Assembly: GCF_963676685.1 (NCBI RefSeq)
Contig: NC_092354.1
Coordinates: 81,530,001-81,594,000, forward strand
From: Mytilus edulis
Lineage: Eukaryota
Length of the DNA: 64,000 nucleotides
Direction of reading: 5' to 3'
Shown here: one piece after another, positions 41,987-56,059 of the stretch
How positions within the stretch are numbered: position 1 is the first letter of the stretch
Layout: every line of letters starts with the position of its first letter
Program-made: the position numbers and the translations under genes
Notes under the pieces: generated by a model
Databases searched by the model: none
The model's input: only the letters and a program-made list of their open reading frames with translations
Told to the model about the DNA's origin: nothing

Positions 41987-42641
41987 AACACAAATGGTAC
42001 CGTTGATTTTATTACTACCACTGGGTCGATGCCTCTGCTGGTGGACTATTAGTCCCCGAGGGTATTACCAGCCCAGTAGCCAGTACTTCGGTACTGGCAT
42101 GAAAATACGGATTTTTTGTGTTATTAAAATTTGCTGTTACAAAGTATTAAAAATTATTATAAATAAAGGAATGTATCTCCCTCATGCAAAGCTCTGATTC
42201 TTTTCACGAATTTGGCTATACTTTTGGACCTTTTGGATTATAGCTCTTCATCTTTTATATAAGCTTTGGACTTCAAATATTTTGGCCACGAGCATCACTG
42301 AAGAGACATGTTTTGTCGATATGCGCATCTGGTGCAACAAAAATTGGTACCGTTGATTTTATTACTACCACTGGGTCGATGCCTCTGCTGGTGGACTATT
42401 AGTCCCCGAGGGTATTACCAGCCCAGTAGCCAGTACTTCGGTACTGGCATGAAAATACGGATTTTTGTGTTATTAAAATTTGCTGTTACAAAGTATTAAA
42501 AATTATTATAAATAAAGGAATGTATCTCCCTCTTGCAAAGCTCTGATTCTTTTCACGAATTTGGCTATACTTTTTGGACCTTTTGGATTATAGCTTTTCA
42601 TCTTTTATATAAGCTTTGGACTTCAAATATCTTGGCCACGA

Positions 42642-42685
42642 GCATCACTGAAGAGACATGTTTTGTTGAAATGCGCATCTGGTGC
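42642..42685 (+). ncRNA. Type I hammerhead ribozyme (family A, G-U at the base of stem II)
   Basis: CTGAAGA GACA..TGTT GAAA TGCGCA TC. Confidence 0.75.
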
Positions 42686-44377
42686 AACAAAATTGGTACT
42701 GTTGATTTTATTTTAATTTTTCAAAACAATAAAGATGTTCCACCCTCGTTATAGATTTACCAAACTGCATAATAATCTTATACTCGAAAGTAGCTTATGA
42801 GTTTTTGAAGAAAAAACGCACGTCTGAAGAAACCATTTTTGAACCTGGTATCTTACGATGAATTTACCCTAGATTTTGATATTTCATTTTTTACATCGAC
42901 AAACTACGCAACAATTCAACCTTAACAGGAACTGATCTGAACCCACAACTTAATATTGAGTCAAAACGCCTGTGCCGACGTGTTAGTTGTGCATTTTCCA
43001 ACATATTAGGTGTTTAAGAGATTGCAGCTCCTCCTTAGATTTTATTGAACGTCACCAGTGTCTGAACAGAAAGTTGACGAACCAGGAGTATGTTAAGGAA
43101 CTTCTCGACATTTTTCTAAAGCGAAATTTTTGGAAGGTACCAAGACCTTGTTATTAAATATTGCGTGTCAATGCAATTTCACAAAAAATACACGATGGTA
43201 TCGAAGCCTAGTGTATGCGTTCTGACGTTGTTTATCATCTTAATTCGTGTCTTCACTGTCTTTTTTGGGGGGATATCTATTTGACGTGGCTCTGTACTTG
43301 TACGTCCCGACATTGTTTTGATTGCACTGTATTTCATACATGCTATTGTATTATTATTCTATTAATGTTTTGGTATTCTGATCTGTCATATTTGCTAATG
43401 CTTTGCCTATATTGACTTTTGGGTTTCTTTTATACATCAACGGGACTCTTTTATACAATTGTAAGAAAGACAAGCGGCAAGAAGAGAAGGTAAACTTTTA
43501 ATTTAAATTCTCTAAAGGATATCCCTATATAACTAAAGACTATCATATGTTAATACTTTGAATGACAACATTATATTATATCTGTACCTGTGTGACATTT
43601 ACATTATGACGGCAAACGATTCTACGTTAGACTCAATGTTTGTCCCAATACTTAAAGTCTTTCAGTCGTTTATTGGTAAATTTGGCATACGAAGAAAAAA
43701 ATCAATTTATACCGTTTGTGCTCCTTTGTTTAATATTTGTTTGATGATGTTTTGATTAAGATGCTTGGGGTGCTTGTGCGTCCTGTCATTATTGCTTGTG
43801 ATGTTCTCGTAGTCTTGTCTTACGTGTTTGCTTGTTTTGTTTTGTCTGTATGCCCTTGGTGTTACTTTGATGTATGTGGAGTGACTATGTACTCATCCAT
43901 CCCGTTATTGTGTTATTGTAAACAGTGTGTGTTGCTTGCCTTCAACTTTGTTTCTTTGTTACATATATAACGTGACTCTGTACTTATACATCCCATCATT
44001 TGGTATTTGTAGTATGGACATTTATTTTTGCTTCTCCTTAACTTTTGCTAAAATGCTTGGTTTATATGCAATTGTGTGCTTCTTTCTTACATTTTTGCTT
44101 GATGTGTAGTGATTAAAATTATAACACAATGCCCACTGCTTCATATTTTTACCTTTTATTGCCTGGTTGTTTAGTTCACGCATTGTTGCGATTACAATGA
44201 ATTTTGATGCAACTGTCATACAAAAAGAATTTCAACTAGCTAGAAAACCAGGTTCAATCCGCCATGTTTTTTCATAAGAAAACGCCTGTGCCAAGTGTAT
44301 ATTGACAGTTGGTTTTTTTCTTTTTATTTGTGCTTGACCTTTTGATTTTGTCTTTTCCTATCTTTTCATATCGTTAA

Positions 44378-45461
44378 TTATCCATTTGTAGATGGTGACG
44401 TTCCCTTGTCACCATCTTACGGTGTTTATATATCTCAACTTGTACGATTCGCTCTTGTATGTAACAATGTTTTAGATTTTAACGAGAGAAATGTGTGTAT
44501 TACTGAAACTATTACACTAGGGTTTTCGATGTCACAAACTGGTCAAAACATTTACTAAATTTTATCATCGGTATAAGGACATCATTCGTAAATATAGCTC
44601 AATATGCAGACTTCTTATACGTTCAAGTATTTCACATCCAATTTTTTTATGGAAATATTCTTTATAAAGCACAAAGGTGTCAGTATTCACCTCAGAAACT
44701 AACAAAACATTTGAATAGACTTATTAAGAAGTGATATAGTTACGATACTGTTGTCAGGTCATTAAAAATTGCATATTTTGGCGTTAATATTGATTCACTT
44801 ACAGGGTCTTTGCATCGGAACTAAACACATTTATTCAAAAAACAGTTGTTGGCATGACACGGGTTATGTTCTTCTCATATATGTTATGATGGTATGATAA
44901 TAAACTCCTAACTGGAAGGATTGTACCTGATGTACATATGATGAAATCATAATCTTTCAGTCAGTTTAATTGAAGTCTGGAGCTGGCATGTCAGTTAACT
45001 GCTAGTAGTCTGTTGTTATTCATGTATTATTGTCATTTTGTTTATTTTCATTGGTTACATCTTCTGACATCAGACTCGGACTTCTCTTGAATTGAATTTT
45101 AATGTATGTATTGTTCTTCCTTTACTTTTCTACTTTGGCTGGAGGTATAGGGGGAGGGATGAGATCTCACAAACATGTTAAACCCCGCCGCATTTTGCGC
45201 CTGTCCCAAGTCAGGAGCCTCTGGCCTTTGTTAGTCTTGTATTATTTTAATTTTAGTTTCTTGAATACAATTTGGAAATTAGTATGGCGTTCATTATCAC
45301 TGAACTAGTATATATTTGTTTTGGGGCCAGCTGAAGGACATCTCCGGATGCGAGAATTTCTCGCTACATTAAAGACCTGTTGGTGACCTTCTGCTGTTTT
45401 TTTTTCTATGGTCGGGTTGTTGTCTCCTTGACACATTCCCCATTTCCATTCTCAATTTTAT
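44378..45461 (+). mobile_element. 5'-truncated Penelope-like element, second family
   Basis: PFVDGDVPLSPSYGVYISQLVRF; the 3' part matches 60615-61522 and ~23775-24110. Confidence 0.78.
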
Positions 45462-47442
45462 TTTGAATAGTGACATTCCATTTGAATTTGCCTTGGAGTT
45501 TATTTTCTCTATGATCTTACTTCCTAAAACTTTCGAGTATCAACGTACTGGCTGTAACACCGAAAATATTAGGCAATACATTGTGTGACGTCATAATTAC
45601 CGATAAACACATTACAAGGTAGTGTCGCTTTTGATACTGACTATATCATGATGAATATCTTAACTCGAGCTGACGGGCTGGATCAAAGGATTAACTTCAA
45701 AACTTATAGTAGGTAATGAATGTTTGACGTCATGAATTTTGAAGATTTATTGCACTAGTGCTATATTAGATTTTATTGCACGCTACCTTTTGCTTACTTT
45801 ATGTGGGAAATATTATATTGCTATGCAATAAAATATGTTTCCCTCCAAAATATACAAGGAGACACTGTAAAATAAGCATCGTAACTTCCGTAGTATTCTT
45901 TAATCTCGTAGATGTAGTTGAAATTCCGCGAAATATAATAACATATGTTGGCAAATAGTCGGAAACTATTGACTGGTAAACAAAAAACCTTGTAATTTGA
46001 CAATTAGTGAAAATATGGTGTACCTTTTCTTTATTAGAAACAGATAACTTAGGTATGATCATGTTTACTATTACTCAAAGGGAGTAGACAGCATAATGGA
46101 TCTTCATTTGATTGTAGTATTAACAGTTCATTAATCCGTCCATATGTCTTGTCGCTTGTCTGTCACATGACATGCTGGTCGTATTTTATCAGATGCTAAA
46201 TTGTATACTGCTAATAATATGAACTACACATCATGTTGTTTCAATAGATGGGTATTGATATATACACATATATACAGGACTGAGTAAGCCAGGGACATAT
46301 TCAAACATTTACCTGAAAATTCTATGTATATATATAAAAATAAATACAAGATGTATTGAACTTCCATATCCTTTTTATCTGCATATACTAGCTAGTTGGT
46401 TTTATTTAATTGTACTGATTATGAATCATAGTAAAAAGCAAGCATCAAGATGCAATTCATTTATTTACAACATAACAGAAAAAAGATCATTGACATGTTA
46501 TTTATCCACCTACAAAAAAAAGAAACAAACTTATCAATGAATTTATTAATCAATTCATTAGCTAATCTCCACTTTAATTACAAAGTAAACCATTTGATTC
46601 AAACAAACCATTATAGTTCGTATATGTTTAACAATTAAAAATAATAAGAATGCAAATAATGAATTATTGTTATTTATTCCAACAAATCATCAGGCACTAA
46701 TAAGTCAATTTGTTTAGCAGATTTAATCTAAGAACTTCACCGAGTTTTAACTCCTATTTTAATACCAAGCATATTGATACTCAGTTAGTCTACCTTAATT
46801 ACATTGAATAATGTTGTAATACGTATCTATGTAATCATACAATAGTTCCTCAGTAACAATATTTTACTAATTTGTCATCGCAAAACGTGCAAAATATTGA
46901 ATGCAAGATCAGCTTTTACATAACACACTTAATAGTAATAGAGAGCTAATAACTAGACTGCTATTCTAATAATCAAAGTATTGATATGTAATTAGTTACC
47001 TCAATAACTATTAATGATGTTATTATACGTACATAGATGAGTATATGTAATAATACCAGGGTTCCGCAATAACAATTCTTTAATAATGAGTTTGGTATCG
47101 CAAAAATTAAATGGTAGTATTGTCGTTTCGGTTATTTATATTATGTACCTATTAATAATGGATATTTAATAAATCTATCACTCATTTCAACACTATCATT
47201 GTGTTCAAACTGTGTAAACTTCTACTTCAATGTATTGTGGGAGGAATATTTTGATGAATGTTTTATGAATAATTTGTAATCTGTTAACACGCATACCTCG
47301 TTTTGTTCTTTTGTAAATTTGTATGATTAACAACCGCAAAATGAAATCATTTGTAACCTTTGATGTTATCAAATCTCTTCAGGAAATACATACGTGTATT
47401 TAAATAAAATCATCATAGATAACAGGACTAAATTTTGTATAT

Positions 47443-47487
47443 ACGCCAAACGCGCGTTTCGTCTACAAAAGACTAATCAGTGACTCT
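47443..47487 (-). ncRNA. Family B hammerhead with a G8-to-U core mutation, within a retrozyme fragment at ~47405-47680
   Basis: Minus strand GAGTCA CTGATTA GTCT TTTGT AGAC GAAA CGCGCG TT TGGCGT. Confidence 0.7.
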
Positions 47488-47850
47488 CCAATCTAAAAAT
47501 TTTAAAAGGCCGAATAAAGTACGAAGTTGAAGAGCATTGAGGACCAAAATTCCAAAAAGTTTTGCCAAATACAGCTAATGTAATATATGCCTGAGGTAGA
47601 AAAGCCTTAGTATTTCAAAAATTCAAAATTTTGTGAACAGTAAATTTATAAATATAACCATATCAATGATAATTCATGGTATGTCGATTCGCAATTGAAG
47701 CACCACATTATGGATGTAATTTCTATGCGTGTCTTCCCTACATTCAGACACATACATATAGAAATAATTGCCAAAACAAAAAAAAAACGTACCAGGGAAT
47801 AATTGTAATGGTAACAATGTCTAAACAAAATGGATGTTACCTTGTCGTGT

Positions 47851-50307
47851 TTAGTAAGCCTTTGGTTTACGCATGCCTCCAATAAGTCCACCGGAAGGTC
47901 GTCTGTTGATACCATATCCACGGTAACCGCCATAACCGGAAGCATTAGTAGACCACCATGGCAGCCATTTACAACATGTTCTGTTCCACCAAGAATAGAA
48001 GGGCAGACGACATTGACTGCTGATTTGTATTTCTCCCTGACGACAGGACCAGCTACGACAGGTACACCACCATCTTCCTGTATAACAATAAGGTACTGGA
48101 AGTCTCAGAATTTAAGCATTCTTGGTAATACTTGCAAATGTGTAAAGCAAAATTAGCGATCAATTATACTATCAATAGACCTTTAGATTCTAAAACGGTG
48201 AATTAACTTTTCGATTTGAGGTTTTAAGTATAAATAAAGGATTTCCAGTTTTCATTAAAAAAAAAAAATAGTATATTTCGACACAGCATATAGTTCGGTT
48301 TTTTTCTTTGAATAATCGTTTGTATGGCCATTAAACATCAATATACAATGATATTGTTCATGACAGAAACATAATTCTATGATAGGATGATATTTTTTTA
48401 TTATATAAAGCGCAAATAATTGCAAAAAGATTGACAAAGATCATATATCAAATATGCAAGATTTGATTTGTAAAATTGTGAGTAAATCAAGTCATCATGT
48501 TAAACAGAATCGAATTATGAACGCAAAACTAGTTATTGACTTGGACAATAACACTCAACAGTGACGAAAAACGCTAGTTTCAACAAATAATTGCCACTCG
48601 AATCAAGGTGTTTAAGACATTCATAAAACAATGAAATTTATTTTATGATAACAACTATTATTCGTATATCGATTATTTGTATTTGTTTCAAATAATGTTC
48701 TCTTTACTTATAAGATATAAGAACTCGCCAACACTTGTACTGTTTTTTTTAGATGTTCCAATATTAATGCCTTCAACATAAATAAAGAGACCCCAACTGT
48801 CAAAAAGCTAACTGTTTCAACATAAAATGTATCGTTTATTTTAGTTTTGAAATGTTGTCAAAAAAAAGAGATAATTCAGACAATATCTAATAAAGAAATA
48901 TATACTGATTCAGATCTCCTGAGTTATATATCGATATAAACGTACATATATATGTATGAAGTGTTAATGATTGTGAACCAAGTCCTCTATATCATATCTT
49001 ATATATAAATATGAAACCATGGCTCCAGTTAGGAAACACATACACAAAAACGACAATGTGTGGATAACAATAACTAGTAGTTTAATGAATTTGAGGTAAC
49101 ATAATTTTTTTAATTTTCCATTTTTTTTAATAACAAAATCAAATAAACAAGGAAAGCGGTACATACCTGCTCCAAATCCACCACCATTATTACCTCCGTA
49201 CCCATATGGCCCACCCGGTCCAGATCCTGGTCCTGCACCACCAGGACCACTACCTATACTGCCTCCTAAACCATATGGCCAACCAGTACCAGAACCCGGT
49301 CCTGCACCTCCGGGACCACTACCTATACTGCCTCCCAAACCATATGGCCAACCAGTACCAGAACCCGGTCCTGCACCACCGGGACCACTACCTATACTGC
49401 CTCCTAAACCATATGGCCAACCAGTACCAGAACCCGGTCCTGCACCACCGGGACCACTACCTATACTGCCTCCTAAACCATATGGCCAACCAGTACCAGA
49501 ACCCGGTCCTGCGCCTCCGGGACCACTACCTATACTGCCTCCTAAACCATATGGCCAACCAGTACCAGAACCCGGTCCTGCACCACCGGGACCACTACCT
49601 ATACTGCCTCCTAAACCATATGGCCAACCAGTACCAGAACCCGGTCCTGCACCACCGGGACCACTACCTATACTGCCTTCTAAACCATATGGCCAACCAG
49701 TACCAGAACCCGGTCCTGCACCACCGGGACCACTACCTATACTGCCTCCTAAACCATATGGCCAATCAGTTCCAGAACCCGGTCCTGCACCTCCGGGACC
49801 ACTACCTATACTGCTCCCTAAACCATATGGCCAACCAGTTCCAGAACCCGGTCCTGCACCACCGGGACCACTACCTATACTGCCTCCTAAACCATATGGC
49901 CAACCAGTACCAGAACCCGGTCCTGCACCACCGGGACCACTGCCTATACTGCTTCCTAAACCATATGGCCAATCAGTACCAGAACCCGGTCCTGCACCTC
50001 CGGGACCACTACCTATACTGCCTCCTAAACCATATGGCCAACCAGTACCAGAACCCGATCCTGCACCTCCGGGACCACTACCTATACTGCCTCCTAAACC
50101 ATATGGCCAACCAATTCCTGTACCTGGTCCTGCACCACCAGGACCACTACCTATACTGCTTCCTAAATTATAGGGCCAACCGATTACATTTCCCTGACCT
50201 TGTATACTGCTACTAAGGGGAACACTACTGACCTTATTGAGTGCCAAAGTTTGCTGAAAAGACAAAAGTACCGTCAAAATGGTAAATAAGCTTCTTGGTG
50301 TAGCCAT
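47851..50307 (-). CDS. Secreted Gly-rich repeat protein A (~455 aa) with a C-terminal six-Cys module; exons 50307-49167 and 48077-47851
   Basis: TATA box upstream. Signal peptide MATPRSLFTILTVLLSFQQTLA. 14 x 23-aa repeats GWPYGLGGSIGSGPGGAGPGSGT. Phase-1 intron (GCAG/GTATGT...ATACAG/GA). Exon 2 reads GRWWCTCRSWSCRQGEIQISSQCRLPFYSWWNRTCCKWLPWWSTNASGYGGYRGYGINRRPSGGLIGGMRKPKAY*. The structure is conserved in paralogue B. Confidence 0.92.
49215..50182 (-). repeat. Coding minisatellite, 14 x 69 bp
   Basis: Near-identical units encoding the 23-aa repeat. Confidence 0.95.
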
Positions 50308-50360
50308 TTGTACTGTTACTGGGAGAATGTCCTGTGAGAACCTATACCACATCTTTCTGT

Positions 50361-50367
50361 ATTTATA
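50361..50367 (-). promoter_or_regulatory. TATA box of gene A
   Basis: TATAAAT about 55 nt upstream of the ATG, conserved in paralogue B. Confidence 0.7.
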
Positions 50368-50979
50368 CAAACCTATCACCAGCTGAGAACAGTAAGAAAA
50401 ACTAATATAGAAAGTGATTGAAATCACACAATGCACTCAATCGTCTTTTTTTCGATAATTTTATGTTACTTTTCTTTTATTCGTTTATTTGAACATTAAT
50501 AAAGGTTAAAGGTTAAAGATTGAAACAAATAATCAAATGTAACACATGCTATATGTCAATTGATCGTAAACAAGCTTATCACCACAAAACACGTTTCTAA
50601 AAACCAATTCAACATTACTTTTGTAATAAAATATGCACTTTTATTTAGGTGTTTCTTAATATACAGTAGAGCAAACCCGTTTTAAACACAACTTTAGATT
50701 GATGAACGTCTGACTCATTTATTGACCACATCATTATACAGAAAACATCGTGACAGACTTTAATTTACTGTAAATTTAGAAATAATTGCATGCATTTTTT
50801 ATCGCGATATTTTGAGATGAAACACAATAATGCAAAATCAATTAAATCCCTTTTAGTCAAACCCGAATGCTTAAAAATTATCAAATATAAAAATGTCTCT
50901 CCCAAATCAGAAGCCTGTAATTCAATGGTTTTCGTTTGTTGTGGTGTTTTTTTTGTTCATGTTTTGTAAATAAATATTA

Positions 50980-52330
50980 ATTATTTTTGGAGTGTTAAAA
51001 ATTCTTAAGAGGTTTTAGATAAAATACATGCTTTTAATGGTCCTTATAATTCTGTTGACAGTTATGATTTTTCTACCTGGTACACTACACTTCCACACAA
51101 TTGTATAAAGAAAAAGTTTTTGTATTTGGTAAAATTGTCCTCCGCGAATCTCATTGTTATTTTATTTGCTGTTACTCGTTTAATTTATTTATATATTGCT
51201 ATGCATTTCAGTTCATGACCACACTCAGTGAAGACCCATCATTATTATATTTGGTAGTTACATTCAAAAATACTTACCGTTTTCTGGATGATATTTTTCG
51301 TTGAATAATCCAGAGTTCTCTAAATATACTTCTGAAATTATCCCCAAAAACTTACTTTCACTAAATCTACAATAAACAGTAGCAGTTGTCCTTCCTAGAT
51401 TTAGACATTTCAATTTCAAACGGGAAACCACATACTAAAGTTTACATCAAAAGAGACGATTTTTCATTTCCTATTGTTAATTATTCTTTTTTAGACGGCG
51501 ATGTGCCTTTGGTTAAACCGTACGGTGTTTATATATCCAAACTCGTTCGGTATGCCCGTGTGTGTTCTGATGTAATAGAATTTGAAGAACGTTATCAATG
51601 CATCACTGGGAAATTATTGTGTCAGGAATTTCGATACCATAAATTACTTAAAACTCTACTAAATGCTTTCATAGATACAAAGATTTGATTAATAAATTTG
51701 GCTGTGAAAACTTTATAAAAATGGTTTTTCATATCCTAAATTTTACCGGTATATTGTACTTAAAGCGAAAAAAATCACCATGTGATCCATTTAAACTCAT
51801 CGAACCTTTAAGTAAACTTAAAAAATAAGGGTTATCGTCCCAATATTGTAATTATATCTCTGAATATAGTTTACATTGGCACTAATATCGATTTAGTCAT
51901 TAGCAAATCAAAACATAACTAAACTGTGTCTTCTTTTGAGGGGGGATCTAAAGAGACACAAACATGTTAATTGTTATCTCTATAAAAGTCGGTCCTCACT
52001 ATCCTACTACCTGTCGATACATTTAATTTTGACATTACACAAGTAATGTCCTCTCTGACTGTTCATGGCGTTAAGTACTAAATCCCTAGGATGTGTTTTA
52101 GTTGATTTCAGTCTCTGATGCATGATTTTCTTTTAATTGTGTTTGGATTTTAACTAGCTGTCAGTAACTGAGAGTACTCTCAAATCGTTGTTCCTTGTTA
52201 ATTCGACCTGTTGTTACTGTTTATAATGCTTTTTTGTTAGTTTATATTAATATGGATGTCTATTTATCAGCTTTGATTTTTTGGAATATCTTCTTATTTT
52301 CACTTTTTCGTACTACGTTTGTATAAACTT
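50980..52330 (+). mobile_element. Decayed Penelope-like RT fragment inserted in the left duplication arm
   Basis: YDFSTWYTTLPH, TYRFLDDIF, SFLDLDISISNG...KRDDFSFPIVN across several frames; boundaries approximate. Confidence 0.75.
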
Positions 52331-53784
52331 TAAGATTATTCTCCTTAAATCTGTACAGGGAAGTTTGCGATAGCTCTAATTGTATAGTTGTATTGTTGAT
52401 AATCACCCCAATTTATGTCAAGTGTTAAATTATGTATTCATATGACCGATCTTTCTTGGTATTCCTAATTATTGGAAGAATTTTATACACATAAGTAGTA
52501 TACATAAAACGAACGACACAGTTTTTTTTTCAATTACCTGTATATATTATTAAAAGCGTTTTTTTTTTCAATAGTGATTTTTTTCGAAGAGTTTAATATT
52601 TCGAAGTGGTGTCTTGGCAAGGGTTGTTTGGACTTGTTTGTTTGCTGTGTCGTTCATAGTGTGTTAATTTAAATCTTTTGATTGAGTGAAGCCTTCCAAT
52701 TTTTATTGTGTTTTTTTCTATGTACATTGTAGTGATGTTATGCTATTGATTCAGAAAAAGGGAGAAGGTTTCGTTGCATTTAAACGTTTAATCCCGCTGC
52801 AAATGTATGCACCTGTCATAAGTCAGGAATCTGATGGACAATAGTTGTCGTTTGTTTATGTAATTTATACGTATTTCACGTTTCTCATTTTTTTATAGAT
52901 TAGACTGTTGCTTTTCCCGATTGAATAGTTTTACACTAGTAATTTGGGGGTCCTTTAAAACTTGTTGTTCGGTGTGAGACAAGGCTCCGTGTTCAATATC
53001 TTACATTAACCTATAATGGTTTACTGTTATCAATTGTTATTTGGATGGCGAGTTGTCTTATTGGCACTCACACCGCATCTTCCTATATCTATAAGGCCGT
53101 TAGTTTTCTTGTTTGAATTGTTTTACATTGTCATTTCGGGGCCATTTAAAGCAGAGAATGTAATATGAGTTTTGCTCATTGTTGAATGCCGTACAATGAC
53201 CTATAGTTGTTAATTTCAGTGTTATTTTTGGTCCCTTATGGAGAGTTGTCTAGTTTGCAATAATACCACACCTTCTTTGTTTTTCTAAGTTTAACGATAC
53301 GTACCAAATCGAATTGTCGCGTTAATAAGCATATCGCAATATATTTTGCCAATTTCTTTTATTTGGTATAAGCACTCTTCATTGAAAATCACATAGCAAA
53401 ATTTGTATATTTGTCAAAGTTTAATGACATTAGTTGGTTATTTTGTTTACCTTTTTTGTCGTGACTAGATGTCTAATATGTCCTTAAGTCTAGTTTCCGG
53501 ATATTTTGTTTTCTTCAATCAATTCTAAGCACCACAATTTTTTGAACGGTACGAAATGTCGACACCATTTTATTTGTTTGTTTTCGTTGCTTTATTAAAT
53601 TACAAGAACATATATTCATCATCCTTTTCCAATGTCGTTGCTGAATTGATGCAGTTGTTGCAAATATCCATGTAAATCATGGAAGATGTACGCTGTTTTA
53701 CCTGTTCTAATTTATTATTTTGATGTTCTTATGAATTAATTATAGTGAACTTGCATTTAATTCTATTGTATACCTATATATATA

Positions 53785-54748
53785 TATACGAGTCTAAATT
53801 GAAAACTACGTTCAAACCTATGATTGTGATGGATATAAACCGCAATTTTTATACGTGTGCTTGTAAAACAAATTTCGTTGTAGAAGGCTATAAATACAGC
53901 ACAAACAACATTTTCCAAAAGACCAAAAAAATGAAAAAGTATATTTAAACAAAACGCATTTGACTAACAGGTCGAACAACTGATGTTCTTTAACCCTGCT
54001 GACTGCCATTGGCGATTGCCAAATAAAATTGATCACAAGATGTAACAAAATGGATCTTAATATCAATTTAATACTAAACAGAAAACAATTAACAAGTGGC
54101 CACGATGTTAAGCCACAAACATAAGGTGTCAATATTTTTTTTGAACACCAGATCCGGATTTCGACAATAATTGTCTCTGCAGTGATGTTAGGGATGGAAA
54201 CGGTATTTGGAAGGCCATATAAAAAGTACCCTCATTTTTAGATAGACTCTTGAATTTTAAGAGTCAATATAGGATGAACGGATCATATAAACCGGAGGGA
54301 AAATATGATACAAGCCCAAACGAAAAAATATAAACGAGTCTAAATTTAAAACTACGTTCAAACCTATGATTGCGTTGGATAAAAACCGCAATTTTCATAC
54401 GTGTGCATGTAAAACAAATTTCGTTGTAGAAGGGTCTAAATACAGCACAAACAACATTTTCCAAATAAAATTGATCACAAGATGTAACAAAATGGATCTT
54501 AATATAAATTTAATACTAAACAGAAAACAATTAACGTGTGGCCACGATGTTAAGCCACAAACATAAGGTGTCAATATTTTTTTTTGTACACCAGATCCGG
54601 ATTGCGACAATAAATGTCTCTTCAGTGATGTTAGGGATCGAAACGGTATTTGGAAGGCCATATAAAAAGTACCCTCATTTTTCGAAAAAAGTACTCTCAT
54701 GTTTAGATAGACTCTTGAATTTTAAGAGTCAATATAGGATGAACGGAT
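53785..54748 (-). mobile_element. Tandem dimer of a third retrozyme-like family (C), hammerheads at 54145-54188 and 54588-54631
   Basis: Two direct copies. Minus-strand consensus ACATCA CTGAAGA GACA n5 TGTC GAAA TCCGGA TC TGGTGT; each copy has one different core substitution (CTGCAGA; GCAA). Confidence 0.8.
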
Positions 54749-54749
54749 A

Positions 54750-54916
54750 TATACAACTCGTCTTAACATCAACCCAACAATGTTAGATCTTTAAATTTGC
54801 TTTCGCAAATTTTTTGTCCTTCCCTCGCCGGGATTCGAACTCATGCTACTGAAATATCGTGACACCAAATCGTCTGCACTCTTGCCGTCCCGCTAGACCA
54901 CACTACCACCTGGGCT
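54750..54916 (-). mobile_element. tRNA-derived SINE
   Basis: A-box TGGTAGTGTGG and B-box GAGTTCGAATCC, followed by a non-tRNA tail. Confidence 0.7.
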
Positions 54917-56059
54917 TTAAATGTTGTATATCGTGTACTATTATTTGTCTGATTGTCTTTTTTCTTTTTAGCAATGCTGTTGTCGGTTTATTTTCGATAT
55001 ATTAGTTTAAATGTCCAGCACAATAGTGAAGATGTGGTATCGGATTGAAAATAAGTTTTCTACACGTAAGGGCAACATTTCAATTTAAATTTGAGCATCC
55101 GTGGAAGAATTGTTTTAAGGTTGTGATAATGAAATCCTTGACTTTATAATTTATCAGTAGTATATAGACGCACTCCTTTAAGGCCAGAAATTCACATCAT
55201 TGACGGAATCACAAACTCATATGGGATATGAATGCAGCAAAATAATTTGCTATTAGATTTTAAATACGACCATTTGAATAGATACAATGTTGGAATTCAA
55301 TACTGATAAGATTGTGTGGAATTGTAGTCTTTCTGGTTTTGTTTTTTGTCGTTTTTCATTGATTGACATGGCATTGGTTTTTTAACGATTGAATGCCCCT
55401 TTGGCCTCTTCCGACTGTCTTTTAACAAGTTGTTTTCATTCCGGAAAACATTTCACATTTCACGTTATTGATACACTTCATTATTCTTTGCCTTCTCACG
55501 CTTTTTATGTTTTTTAACTGTCTTATTTCTGATAGTGGAAATTCAGAAATTATTGCGATATTTTATTAACGCGAAAATTCGATTTGGTACGTATCGTAAA
55601 ACTTAGAGTATATACAAAAAACGAATGTGTGGTATGATTGCAAACGAGATAACTCTCCACAAAAGGATAAAATAACACAGAATGTATAGCTATAGGCCTT
55701 CAACAATAAGCTATAAAAGGTCCCGAAATCACAATGTAAAAGATATTAAACGAGAAAACTAACGGCTTTATGAATGTACAAAACACGAACGAAAAACACA
55801 CAAACAAACGACAACCATTGAATTACAGGCTCCTGACTTTGGAGAGGCATTTTTATATTTGATATGCTTTTATGCACTAGGTTTTGACTAAAATGGTTTT
55901 AATTGATTTTGCATTATTTTGTATCATCTCAAATATCGCAATGATAAATTCACGCAGTTATTTCTAAATAACAGTGTTGCTTTCCCGTGTTTAAAAGTCT
56001 GTCACGATGTTTTATCTTCAACTTTGTACTTGTTTGGCTTTATAACTATTTTGATCTGA

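Larger units (their letters stand above)
41309..42710 (+). mobile_element. Tandem non-LTR retrozyme array (~350-bp monomers, five hammerhead motifs)
   Basis: Units start at ~41309, 41659, 41880, 42229 and 42579. Each carries GCATCA-CTGAAGA-GACA-n5-TGTC-GAAA-TGCGCA-TC-TGGTGC or a single-base variant of it. Confidence 0.88.

Noticed and set aside
41278-42754. Repeated 63-77-aa ORFs
   Set aside because: Incidental frames in the non-coding retrozyme units; not preserved between units
49206-50216. 336-aa plus-strand ORF of His/Tyr/Cys repeats
   Set aside because: Antisense shadow of the coding minisatellite of gene A; no signal peptide or promoter
48964-50436. 490-aa single-exon reading with a hydrophobic C-terminus (apparent membrane anchor)
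   Set aside because: The first 43 codons span the TATA region, and the tail is intron read-through past a GT donor conserved in both paralogues
54820-54916. Possible tRNA gene
   Set aside because: A and B boxes are present, but I could not fold a convincing acceptor stem or anticodon arm and it runs into a SINE-like tail
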